From assembly GCA_040954595.2 (NCBI GenBank), contig CM082595.2:10157918-10221917 (forward strand): a stretch of DNA of 64,000 nt, given 5' to 3'. Positions 51,434-62,628 of this stretch are shown in pieces. The notes under the pieces are model-generated. The model was not told where the DNA came from. It was given only the letters and a program-made list of their open reading frames with translations, and did no database searches. A program made the translations under genes and the position numbers. Source of the stretch: Balanoglossus misakiensis (lineage: Eukaryota; Animalia; Hemichordata). Within the stretch, counting starts at the first letter, position 1, and each line of letters begins with the position of its first letter.

Positions 51434-54318
51434 AAGTTTTCATATCAAGCTACAGTACCTGAAACAAAAATTTGTAATCACTGACACCCCCATCATTATG
51501 AATCGCTGGCACCCCCACCCCCATCATTATGAACACCTTGGTTCACACAGGTTATTTGTTTACGATTGTGAAACACTGTTCACTTAATAACACAAGCATA
51601 GTAAAATTATTAATGATAAAACACATCATGGTGCAGCATTTTATTAATACTGCAGGTTAGTTCAAAGTTTTCATATCAAGCTACAGTACCTGAAACAAAA
51701 CTTTGTAATCTCTTACACCCCCCACCCCTGACACCCCCCACCCCCCATCATTATCAATTAGAACACTTGGTTTCACACAGGTTGTTTGTTTACGATTGTG
51801 AAACACTGTTCACTTAAGAACACAAGCATAGTCAAATTATTAATGATAAAACACATTATGGTGCAGCATTTTAATACTGCAGATTAGTTCAAGGTTTTCA
51901 TATCAAGCTACAGTACCTGAAACAAAACTTTGTAATCTCTTACACCCCCCACCCCTGACACCCCCCACCCCCCATCATTATCAATTAGAACACTTGGTTT
52001 CACACAGGTTGTTTGTTTACGATTGTGAAACACTGTTCACTTAAGAACACAAGCATAGTCAAATTATTAATGATAAAACACATTATGGTGCAGCATTTTA
52101 ATACTGCAGATTAGTTCAAGGTTTTCATATCAAGCTACAGTACCTGAAACAAAAATTTATTATGGCTGACACCCCCCTCCCCCCATCATTATCAATTTGA
52201 ACACTTGGTTTCACACAGGTTGTTTGTTTACGATTGTGAGACACTGTTCACTAAATATGGTGCAGCATTTTAATACTGCAGGTTAGGTCAAACTTTTCAT
52301 ATCAAGCTACAGTACCTGAAACAAAAATTTGTAATCACTGACACCCCCCTCCCCTGACACCCCCCACCCCCGATCATGATGAACACCTTGGTTCACACAG
52401 GTTGTTTGTTTACGATTGTGAAACACTGTTCACTTAAGAACACAAGCATAGTCAAATTATTAATGATTAAACACATTATGGTGCAGCATTTTAATACTGC
52501 AGATTAGTTCAAGGTTTTCATATCAAGCTACAGTACCTGACACAAAAATTTGTGATCACTAACATCCCCCTCCCCCCATCATTATCAATTAGAACGCTTG
52601 GTTTCACATAGGTTGTTTGTTTATGATTGTGAAACACTGTTCACTAAATATGGTGCAGCATTTTAATTAATACTGCAGGTTAGTTCAAAGTTTTCATATC
52701 AAGCTACAGTACCTGAAACAAAAATTTGTGATCACTGACACCCCCACCCCCGATCATGATGAACACCTTGGTTCACACAGGTTGTTTGTTTACGATTGTG
52801 AAACACTGTTCACTTAAGAACACAAGCATAATCAAATTATTAATGATAAAACACATTATGGTGCAGCATTTTAATACTGCAGATTAGTTCAAGGTTTTCA
52901 TATCAAGCAACAGTACCTGAAACAAAAATTTATTATCGCTGACACCCCCCTCCCCCAATCATTATCAATTTGAACACTTGGTTTCACACAGGTTGTTTGT
53001 TTACGATTGTGAAACACTGTTCACTTAATTAACACAAGCATAGTAGAATTATTAATGATAAAACACATCATGGTGCAGCATTTTAATACTGCAGATTAGT
53101 TCAAAGTTTTCATATCAAGCTACAGTACCTGAAACAAAAAATTGTATTCACTTACACCCCCCAACCCTGACACCCCCCACCCCCGATCATTACCAATTAG
53201 AACACCATGGTTTCACACAGGTTGTTTGTTTACGATTGTGAAACACTGTTCACTTAATTAACACAAGCATGGTAAAATTTTTAATGATAAAACCCATCAT
53301 GGTGCAGCATTTAATACTGCAGATTAGTTCAAGGTTTTCATATCAAGCTACAGTACCTGAAACAAAAAATTGTAATCACTTACACCCCCCAACCCTGACA
53401 CCTCCCACACCCGATCATTACCAATTAGAACACCTTGGTTTCACGTTGGTTACTTGTTTACATTCGTGAAACACTGTTCACTTAATTAACACAAGCATAG
53501 TAGAATTATTAATGATAAAACACATCATGGTGCAGCAATTTAATACTGCAGATTAGTTCAAAGTTTTCATATCAAGCTACAGTACCTGAAACAAAAATTT
53601 GTAATCACTGACAACCCCCACCCCCGATCATTACCAATTAGAACACATTGGTTTCACACAGATTGTTTGTTTATGATCGTGAAACACTGTTTACTTAATA
53701 AGACAAGCATGGCAAAATTATTAATGATAAAACACATCATGGTGCAGCAATTTAATACTGCAGATTAGTTCAAAGTTTTCATATCAAGCTACAGTACCTG
53801 AAACAAAAATTTGTAATCGCTGACACCCCCCACCCCTGACAACCCCCACCCCCGATCATTACCACACTGGCTGTTCGTTTACGATTGTGAAACACTGTTC
53901 ACTTAATAACACAAGCATAGTAAAATTATTAATGGTACAACACAACATGGTGCAGCATTTTAATACTGCAGATTAGTTCAAAGTTTTCATATCAAGTTAC
54001 AGTACCTGAAACAAAAAATTGTAATAGCTGAAACCCCCTACCCCATCATTATGAACACATTGGTTCACACAGGTTGTTTGTTTACGATTGTGAGACATTG
54101 TTCCCTTAAGAACACATGCTTGGTAAAATTATTAATGAAATTAATCACATCATGGTGCAGCATTTTAATACTGCAGGTTAGTTTAAAGTTCTCATATCAA
54201 GCTACAGTACCTGACACAAAAATTTGTAATCACTGACAACCCCCTTCCCCCATCATTATCAATAAGAACACCCTGGTTTCACACAGGTTGTTTGTTTACA
54301 ATTGTGAAACACTGTTCA
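51434..54318. repeat. Tandem array, ~14 copies of a variable ~170-235-bp unit
   Basis: TCATATCAAGCTACAGTACCTGA(A/C)ACAAAA recurs ~14 times with C-rich spacers and ATGGTGCAGCATTTTAATACTGCAG; modular internal deletions vary the unit length. Confidence 0.95.
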
Positions 54319-54320
54319 TG

Positions 54321-54589
54321 TTATAACACCACAAATTTCATAGTGTAATATTATTAACTAGTTTGATAAATCAGAAACTTCTGAGTGCGTGGTTACTTAT
54401 ACGATATTTCATGTTTGAGAGTGCAAGGTTATGACATCCCCAAATCTGACTGGCCAGGTCAGAATGGGAACACCCACATGTGTGCAAGTTTTAATAAAAA
54501 ACACCTGAGAGCATGACTGCACCCAGCAGATCACCCATTTACAAAGCTTTGTGTCATTACATGTGAGTATGATATTTTTATTTTTATAA
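54321..54589. mobile_element. Highly decayed TTATAA-bounded palindromic element
   Basis: TTATAA at 54321 and 54584; a small central hairpin TCTGAC-TGGCCAG-GTCAGA (54445-54463) lies at the midpoint; weak residual arm complementarity. Confidence 0.4.
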
Positions 54590-54591
54590 GT

Positions 54592-54592
<1 letters not shown>

Positions 54593-54652
<60 letters not shown>

Positions 54653-55140
54653 CCATCATCATCAGTATCACCATCTAAACCATTATTATCACCATCACCA
54701 TCAGTATCACCACCATCACCATCAGTATCACAATCATCACCATCATTATCACCATCACCACCATTATTATCACCATCATCACCATCAGTATCACCATCAC
54801 TACCATTATTATCACCATCATCACCATCATTATCACCATCATCACCATTATTATCACTATCATCACCATCATTATCACCATCACCACCACTATTATCACC
54901 ATCAGTATCACCATCACCACCATTATTATCACCATCATCATCACCATCACCACCATTATTATCATCATCATCACCATCACCACCACTATTATCACCATCA
55001 GTATCACCATCACCACCATTATTATCACCATCATCACCATCATCATCACCATCACCACCATTATTATCTTAATCAGTATCACCAGTACCACCAGATTCAC
55101 ATTCATTGTCATCACTATTATCACCACCAGTATTATCATA
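54593..55140. repeat. (CAT/CAC/TAT)n degenerate trinucleotide repeat
   Basis: Directly visible. Confidence 0.97.
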
Positions 55141-55932
55141 TTCAACACCGCTATGTTACGGTTAAAACTGCTGTACCAGTTAGTACAGATCTCCATTTAC
55201 CATGGTAACTGTATTTAAATTTGCATGCATGCATTTTGTCTGAAACACAGACGAACCCGTTACATGATATATTTTACATGTCAAGCAAAATGGCTGCTAC
55301 ATTTGTACATTAAAATGATACGAGGCAACAGGGATTCATATGAAGTGCATTCCTAGAAAAAAAGAAAACTTTATTTAATTCATTTAATAACAGGCATATC
55401 AATGATATATATCTATACCAGTCATAAATTTTCACCAACAGCTCTATGTACTAGGATCATTTTACCCTGGTTTGTACAAACACATTTGCTTTGCAAAACT
55501 CTGTACACAGAATCACAAAGTATGTAATGCAAACTTGAACTATGCATAAACATTAGGCTACCAATTCTGACGAATATTTAAGATGAATGTGACTGATTGT
55601 CTGGATGAAAATACATCTCTGTGTAACGTATATTTATGGTTAAATTAAACCTTTACTTACATTATTATTTCTGTTATTTTATACCACTACAACCACAATG
55701 CCAAAGCTAACGCTAGTAACAGATACAACATTACACCCATTATTCTGGAGTAAATTAAGACCACTAAGAAACAAATATTAACCACCTATACCACTCAAGA
55801 CATATTCATTCTCCAACCTATTGCGTCTCAAAGTATCCTGAAGATTCACCAAAACCAGACAATACCACATTGACATATGCTCTGCAGAAACTACTATTAT
55901 TGGTGTCTTTCTTACACAGATATAAAGAACTA

Positions 55933-56100
55933 ATCATCATCATCATTGTTACTGTTTTTGTAACATCTTCATCATCATTATTGTCATCATCATCCTCATT
56001 ATAATCATCATCATCATTATCATCATCATCACAATCATCATTATCATCATCATCATTGTAGTCATTATTTTTAGTTATTTTATTATCATCCTCCTATTAT
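55933..56100. repeat. Degenerate (CAT)n microsatellite
   Basis: Directly visible. Confidence 0.85.
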
Positions 56101-57067
56101 TCATCCTATTATTCCTAATCATGTTTTTCTCATATTACATTTGTCTTTCAATTGTCATTGATTTTAAGAATATTACTGCTCCAATTTCAACGTGACTGGT
56201 GTGATCATCCTCTTTGCCGTAATTTGCATTTGAACATCATGAAGTTAATCCAAACTGAAAAGCAGATGCCTACCATGTCGTTTTTAATCCTCCCTACCTT
56301 AAATAGGTTTTAAGCTACCTAAGTGAGTGATGAAAATCTCATAATATGGTCGACACAATTTCAAGATGGCCGATTTTTGCCATGTTTAAGAAATGGGAGT
56401 TCATGAGCTAAAGTGATATTGAGTCTTTCTGAATCTTTGTAACAGAAAAAATAACAAAATGTGAAAAAAGTTTAATGAGTTTGATATGTTAAGTACAAAG
56501 ACAGACATGTTTGACCAAAGAAAGTCATAACATACAGTAAACATATCATTTATTCTATCTCTTACTACAGTGAGTTGTCGACTTTTTACCCAGAATGCAA
56601 TTATTATAATGTGATTTGACCCCCTAGCACAAAGTGAACACCTATTAAAGGCAGCCAGAATTTTGCACCATCTGCCAATTATGCAATATTTAAGCTGTCA
56701 AGTAAAACAATAAAGTACATCGTATAAAAATTTTTACTTCCCTGCTCAAAGCTCGGCTGCTATAATGTACATCTATTTCTGTAATCTTCAACTTTTTCCC
56801 ACAAGTCCTGTCGGCTAGATCACATGGAAAGTTCCTCCTGCAATTTAAGAAAGTTGAAAACAATTTTGAGCACAAAATCAAAACTTTCAAAAAATATAGA
56901 AATCATGGGTAAGAGGAACTCATATGTTTTCATCTTCAAATTTGTATAAAGGTGTTTATAAAACTGTTGCCAGTTCTCATCCACATATAAAAATGAGATA
57001 ACTACAGAGCCTTATATTATAATCCTAAATTTTAAAATTTAGGAGAACATTTACTATAGTTCTAAGC

Positions 57068-57433
57068 AGGAAAGTTAAAGGATAAAGTCTCTCTTTGCTA
57101 CCCTTTTCCCAATAATTATGTTTGATACAAGACACCGTTTATGTTAATGTATATGTGGATATATAGTGAACCAACGTTCAAAAACACACAACTTCCATCC
57201 CGCTTGTAGACATGAGAGTGAAAAACTCGCCAAAATGAATAATCAGTGTCTACCATTTATTCATTTTGGGTGAGCTTTCACTCTCATATCATACAAGTGG
57301 TATGGAATTTGTGTGTTGTTGAATGTACATTCACTACATATACAAATGTTCATTAACATAAACAGTGTGTTGTATCAAACCTAATTAATGGGAAAAGGGC
57401 AGGGAGAGAGAGACTTTGTCCGTTTAACTTCCT
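57068..57433. mobile_element. ~365-bp imperfect foldback (MITE-like palindrome)
   Basis: Paired arms: AGGAAAGTTAAAGGATAAAGTCTCTCT / AGAGAGACTTTGTCCGTTTAACTTCCT; CCCTTTTCCCA / TGGGAAAAGGG; GTTTGATACAA / TTGTATCAAAC; GTTTATGTTAATG / CATTAACATAAAC; ATGAGAGTGAAA / TTTCACTCTCAT; CCAAAATGAATAA / TTATTCATTTTGG. A related end fragment lies at ~63630-63655. Confidence 0.85.
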
Positions 57434-58079
57434 AGGCTGAGAATGCTGAAATACTTGAATAGACGCAGACATGGTCAATTGTCAATAGTCTCCTCAGTAA
57501 AAGCCCAGAAAATGTTACCACAGGCAGTTCAACATTAAGATGATACAGTTGGTGTTTGAATCAAGGGTGCTATTCTTTTGAACTTTATGCAAATGTGCAA
57601 TTCAGATCATTGACTCAGAACAGCAGCTCACATTGTAAAATATTGGAAAATGCTTCACAAATCATCATTGATAATCATGATCACACCGAAAAAAAGATTA
57701 GATAGCACAATTTTATTCCTACACTTTACATGGGGTGTAGTTGCAGTGCAGTGTACAGACTAAAACTGCAATGGAATTCTCTGCAATTCTTACTCTCAAT
57801 CTTGCCTTACTTTATGAATATTTGTATACTTGTATGATTGTCATAATGGCAACAGAAAAAATGTCCCTCTCATTATCAAAAGGCCCTTAAAGTGGAGACC
57901 ACCGGCAAAAATGACCTCAAATCTCTGATCCTAGATTCACCACAGCACAAACACACATTGTGTCCGCTGTGGAAAAATCATATTGACAGGCTAAAAATAT
58001 TGTGTATGGAGACATTTACATAACCAAAACAAAAAAGTCCCACTATTTATACAAAGTATGTTATCAGTGACCAGATGTG

Positions 58080-59000
58080 TTTGCCAACCTTTATATGCCA
58101 AGGTTCAGAAGCGCAGTTTCTGAGATCTAGGTGAACAAAAAATTAAAATGACTCAAGAAAAAAGAAAAAAAAACTCCAGTAATTACAGTAGGGACCCAAG
58201 CGCCCTTAGGCGCTTGGGTCCCTAATTAAGACCCAAAACACCAAAAATTGCCCTAAGAACACAAATTTCACCAACACTTTTCATTACCTACTTGAGTTCC
58301 CACATGATAATTCCCACAAAATGTCACAGCAATATTGCTTCAAAAGTGGTAAAAACACAAGAATGCAAATATCACCAGAATTGTACAATGTCTTACTTCA
58401 ATCACCATAAGGAATGTGCCTACAAAAATACAAAGCAATCTGACAAACGGTTTCATAGAAAACAATTTTTTTGCGCAAAATCCCCCAAAATTGCCCCAAG
58501 AACACGAATATGGAAATTTCACCAACAAGGTATGTACGACAGCTTACTTGGGTTATCCCTAGGAACATGCCTACCAAAATCCTAATGATTCTGGACAAGA
58601 GGTTTCAGAGAAATGATTTTTTACAAAAAATCATAAAAATTACCCAAAAATTACAAATATGCAAATTATGCAACAAACTGGAAAAAATGACTTAGATTAC
58701 CTATTGGAAGCTTCATAATAAATTTTAAAGCAATCAACCCATGATTGTTTACAGTCTATAATATAAAAAAAAGACTAAAATCTTCATAAAAATAGAAAAT
58801 TCATGATATTAACTAAAATTTTGAGGACTGTATGAGGTTCAGTGGTTGACATAAGGTACATTCATACCAATTTTCAAAGCAATTTGCCCAATAGTTGTTG
58901 AGTTTCGGAGTTTTGACCAATTTCACATTTTCAAGCTAATTTGCATATTTTTGAGAATGACAACTTCGTTTATATCAAGGTTATATGCCAAGTGGTTTCC
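58080..59000. mobile_element. Helentron/HINE (DINE-1-like) non-autonomous element remnants with a terminal hairpin at 58189-58224
   Basis: Perfect 16-bp hairpin TAGGGACCCAAGCGCC-CTTA-GGCGCTTGGGTCCCTA preceded by an A-rich tract and followed by ATT; neighbouring degenerate repeats with CAAAGCAAT / CCAAAAATTGCCC motifs. Family and boundaries are inferred. Confidence 0.5.
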
Positions 59001-60238
59001 AAGTTTTTTTATTTGGATTGACATACATACCATGGGACCTAAACACAACGTTTCAGTCAACTTTATGAGCGTTGCTACTCTAGTGAAATTCAAGTTGTAA
59101 TTGCTCGGATAGAAATTTGTCTAGTCATGCTTTATATGGATAGTTTTGGTTTGCTATGGAACTACTGACTATTTAGCTTGTTGTATGAATACGACTATGA
59201 GTAAACATTCATACAAACTCGTTATTATGATATAAAAAGCCTAAAAATGCATCTGAAACCCAATTTTTCGCTTACTATGAATATGTGTAATAAAATTGAA
59301 TCCTTCGTCAATGCTGGCCGGGGTCACAAATTATGTCACGGCATGTTTTTTCGTAAACACGATATTAAATTTAATTAAATAGGACCTAATGTACTCACTG
59401 AAACGTTCAAGTCGACCAACGATATTCCATGCACACTGTGTAACATCTTCAGAGGGACTCCAGCATAACATTTGGATTCAAACGCGCACACAAATCATAA
59501 TATACTATTCTTCGCGTTCAGTGACGGCATCCATCCCGAATATTCTCGTCAGAGAGATAAAGTCCGCCATGACACCTTGTGACGCAATCGTGTAAAATTC
59601 CATTACGTTGGACAACTTCCACTGCCTGCGCTAGAAATACACAAGAAACTTGAACTGTTCATGATAAAACTTGCACCTGGACCTCTGGCGAATACTTGGA
59701 AGCAGTATTTCAGGAATAATATTCCATTTTGAGGGCTTCGCGATCCATTCAATCCGACCGATGGAAGTCAGAGATTCAAATCGCCCCGCCATGACACCAC
59801 GACTATACAGCGCCCCCAAGGCCATGTTTTGTTTTTTTTGTCAGCTGGCTCCAAGTACGAGTGTTCATTGCAAGCCGTGTAATATATAAGGCCAGATGGC
59901 CCAGACTGCTATGAAAGTTTCCCCGGGCAGTGTATCTAATACAGCGGATGTTATATAGCGATTCCCTTTCGCTACAGTCACGGTGACGAGCAAAGCCATC
60001 CTTTCCTTTTAGCCTATAGCGCAGTCAGCGTGGGAATGGGCGGGGGAACAGACCAGTACTGGAAAGTAAAACTGTAAAAGTAAAACGTCTTTTCATATTT
60101 TAATAGACGAACTCTGCAAAAGTTTTATTCCCAAACATGAATTTTGAGATATTTAAAACTTGTATTTGATAGCAATTTAGGCCTACACTGGCCTACAGAA
60201 TCAACATTTTTTCACACCGAGTAGGCTCGGATGCGTAA

Positions 60239-60865
60239 GGGAGCATTCGTTTTTTACAGGGAGGGGGGGGGGCGGTGGAAATCAGGGAGGAGGGTTTACT
60301 TTTACAAAGCAGTTTTTAGGGGGGGACAAATTTTATAATCAAGGGATTATTATATAGGGACTGAAAGGTGGGGACTTGACTGAAACTTTGACGGCTAAAT
60401 ATTTATTTTGAGTCCACAAAATGCAGTTTCACGCCCTTTATTTTACAAAATTTTGTAATGTGGGAGGGGGACACCCCCTCCCAAACCCACCCCTTCAATT
60501 CTCGGTTTACAATGTCTCCCAACACAGAATACAAATACTTAAAAAATAAAAACAGTGTTCAGTTTTGATGATGAGGGGAAACATTGGTTTCAAATTCTTT
60601 TCATGGGAGCGCTGTTTTTCTTTTTTACAAGATATAGCGGTGATGTGTTTTGCTCTGTGAAAGAAACTGGGGGGGGGGGTATTTCAAGTTTAATCCGGAG
60701 GATAAACTCTTTTTTTGGGGGGGTCACATTTTACAATTGAAGAATTTAGGGGGGGGGACACATTTTAGAAAAGTAATTTCGAGGGGGGGGGGGTTGCCTT
60801 TTACATTTAGTCGGCGACTCAAATTCCACCGCCCCCCCCCCTCCCTGTAAAAAACGAATGCTCCC
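60239..60865. mobile_element. PIF/Harbinger-like element, family A copy 2 (627 bp), whose interior is family-B MITE sequence
   Basis: Same TIRs and subterminal regions as 38401-40032; TAA TSD at 60236-60238 and 60866-60868; interior ~60343-60685 matches 39110-39640 and 63025-63470. Confidence 0.92.
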
Positions 60866-61206
60866 TAACATTATGTACCGATCATGCCGATTTTGGAGAG
60901 AAAATTGTCCCCAAATGGCAAATATTTCCCTCAGCCCATAATTGGTGGGATAAATTCGTAGAGTCTGGTCGGAATGTCGGTTGATGAAGAGACGGGAACA
61001 CGAGTAGAGTAGATTTAAACGCCAATGATAGGCCTATGACTTTATTTCAAAAAGGATCAACCGTGGATATACTGGACAAGGCCTGTAGTCCAGGCTGGAC
61101 CCCACTCTGGAACGAACTCCTTTATTAGTGTAGAACAGGGTGTAGAATGAACTGAAATGTGTTGGAACCCCCTGACTTTAGGAGCTGAAATCCACTCCTT
61201 TGTATA

Positions 61207-61412
61207 TGCTGTAAAAGACAATAAATTTTCGCGAAATACGCGCAAGCCAAAATAGCGTGAAAATAAAAAGTCGCGTAATTTTTTTGAAGATGACGATGCA
61301 GTGAATGAAATAAGAGAACGCGAATATTAAAACTCGGGAATTAAAACAGTGGCCTCTCACGATATCGCGAAAATTTCAACTTGCGAAAATAAAGTGTTTA
61401 GGCCTAACAGTA
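61207..61412. mobile_element. Short MITE with CTGTAAA...ACAG(TA) ends and repeated CGCGAAAAT motifs
   Basis: Ends TGCTGTAAAA / AACAGTA; internal TTTTCGCGAAAT, CGCGAATAT, TCGCGAAAATTT and TGCGAAAATAA. Confidence 0.55.
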
Positions 61413-61617
61413 GTCATGGTAGCCTGAGGTTCTCCCATCCCATTTCCTGTTATATTCTGCAATAATTCGGCATATCAACTCAACTCTAATGTACCAATTT
61501 ACACAAAGCGTTACATAATAGAGTCAGTTTGTTGATTTTTTTTATTTCTTTTCGTTAAAATTCAGCAATTGCAGGTTATTAGTTACAATTACTTCATGAA
61601 ATCTAGAATGGTGCGAC

Positions 61618-61677
61618 CTTTATTATCGACCTATTTCGCTCTCATCTGTGTTTTCAAAGATCTTTGAAATTGTCTCT
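61618..61677 (+). mobile_element. Tiny LINE reverse-transcriptase fragment
   Basis: Translates YRPISLSSVFSKIFEIV, the conserved YRPISL...SKIFE motif of CR1/L2/Jockey-type RT. Confidence 0.65.
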
Positions 61678-62628
61678 TGTTTACTCAAGTTTCTTGTATA
61701 CCTCAGATAACAAGTTTGGTTACCCAGACCCCTCTGCTTCTTCCGCTGCGCTCCCAAAAAAGAGTGCAGCGGAAGAAGCAGACCCACCCGCTTCTTCCGT
61801 TGGACACTCCAGAAAGAGGGATTGTCCCGCAGAATATACCCCACGAGGACGCTGTTGCTGACCTTCGACCCGTAGACTTTGACCCCTTACAGCGTCTTCG
61901 TTGTAAACACATTTGAGATGCAGGCTAGCGAATCTGCCAGTTCGTTTTAATGGCACATTTTTTCTGTCGTCAACTCCAATGTCGCCTTTTCTATGGACGT
62001 TACTTGGCCAGTGTTCGTTACACATCCAGGACAGTGTCAATATTTCTGTGAAAGAATAGCGGAAAACATGCGAAGCCAAGGAGCGAGCAACCAGCTGTTT
62101 TCTGCAAGTCATGCCCCCCACACTGTCCACCATCATTATTCCTATATACATATTTGGCGCAGTGAGTATTGAAACATTACAGTATTTAGTGTGTTTTAAG
62201 ATATCACAGATAGTTTTCACGACTTAATGTGTGGGTAGAATCACATTCGTCGAAATAACGCTGCTGCAGTCCCCTGATTCAGTCCGTAAACAAGGTAAGC
62301 TTGATACATAGACGATCGACAATCAGTTTCCGCTGTTGATTTCGCCCTATCGCAACTCAGTAACTGGGGCCGAGTGATGCTCCATACATTAAAGTTCATG
62401 ACTACTGACACCAATTGCAAAATATCAATGTTAAGGCGTGCTTTCAGAGAATATTCAACCAGAAAACCGACAACAATTGATGACCTCATGTGACCTTTAC
62501 TGGTTGAATCAGGCGACCACTGCAGTGTGATTCCAACGTTTATGGGAAGACCACAGGGAGCTCTTCCTCCTAGAAAACGGCGTTTTCTAGGCGTTTTCTT
62601 CCGTGCTAGAAAACGGCGATCGGTGCAC

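Noticed and set aside
50648-55196. Poly-Asp, poly-Met and Met/Val/Ile-rich ORFs
   Set aside because: They are translations of (CAT)n-type microsatellites with no flanking coding or splice evidence.
57887-57910. TTAAAGTGGAGACCACC as a Kolobok/piggyBac-type terminus (similar TTAAAGG starts at ~33333, ~41569, ~56645)
   Set aside because: No convincing matching inverted terminus with TTAA was found in the window.
61623-62489. Overlapping 65-166-aa ORFs in a GC-richer stretch
   Set aside because: No recognisable domain apart from a ~20-codon LINE RT scrap; part of the openness comes from an inverted repeat. A decayed TE cannot be excluded.
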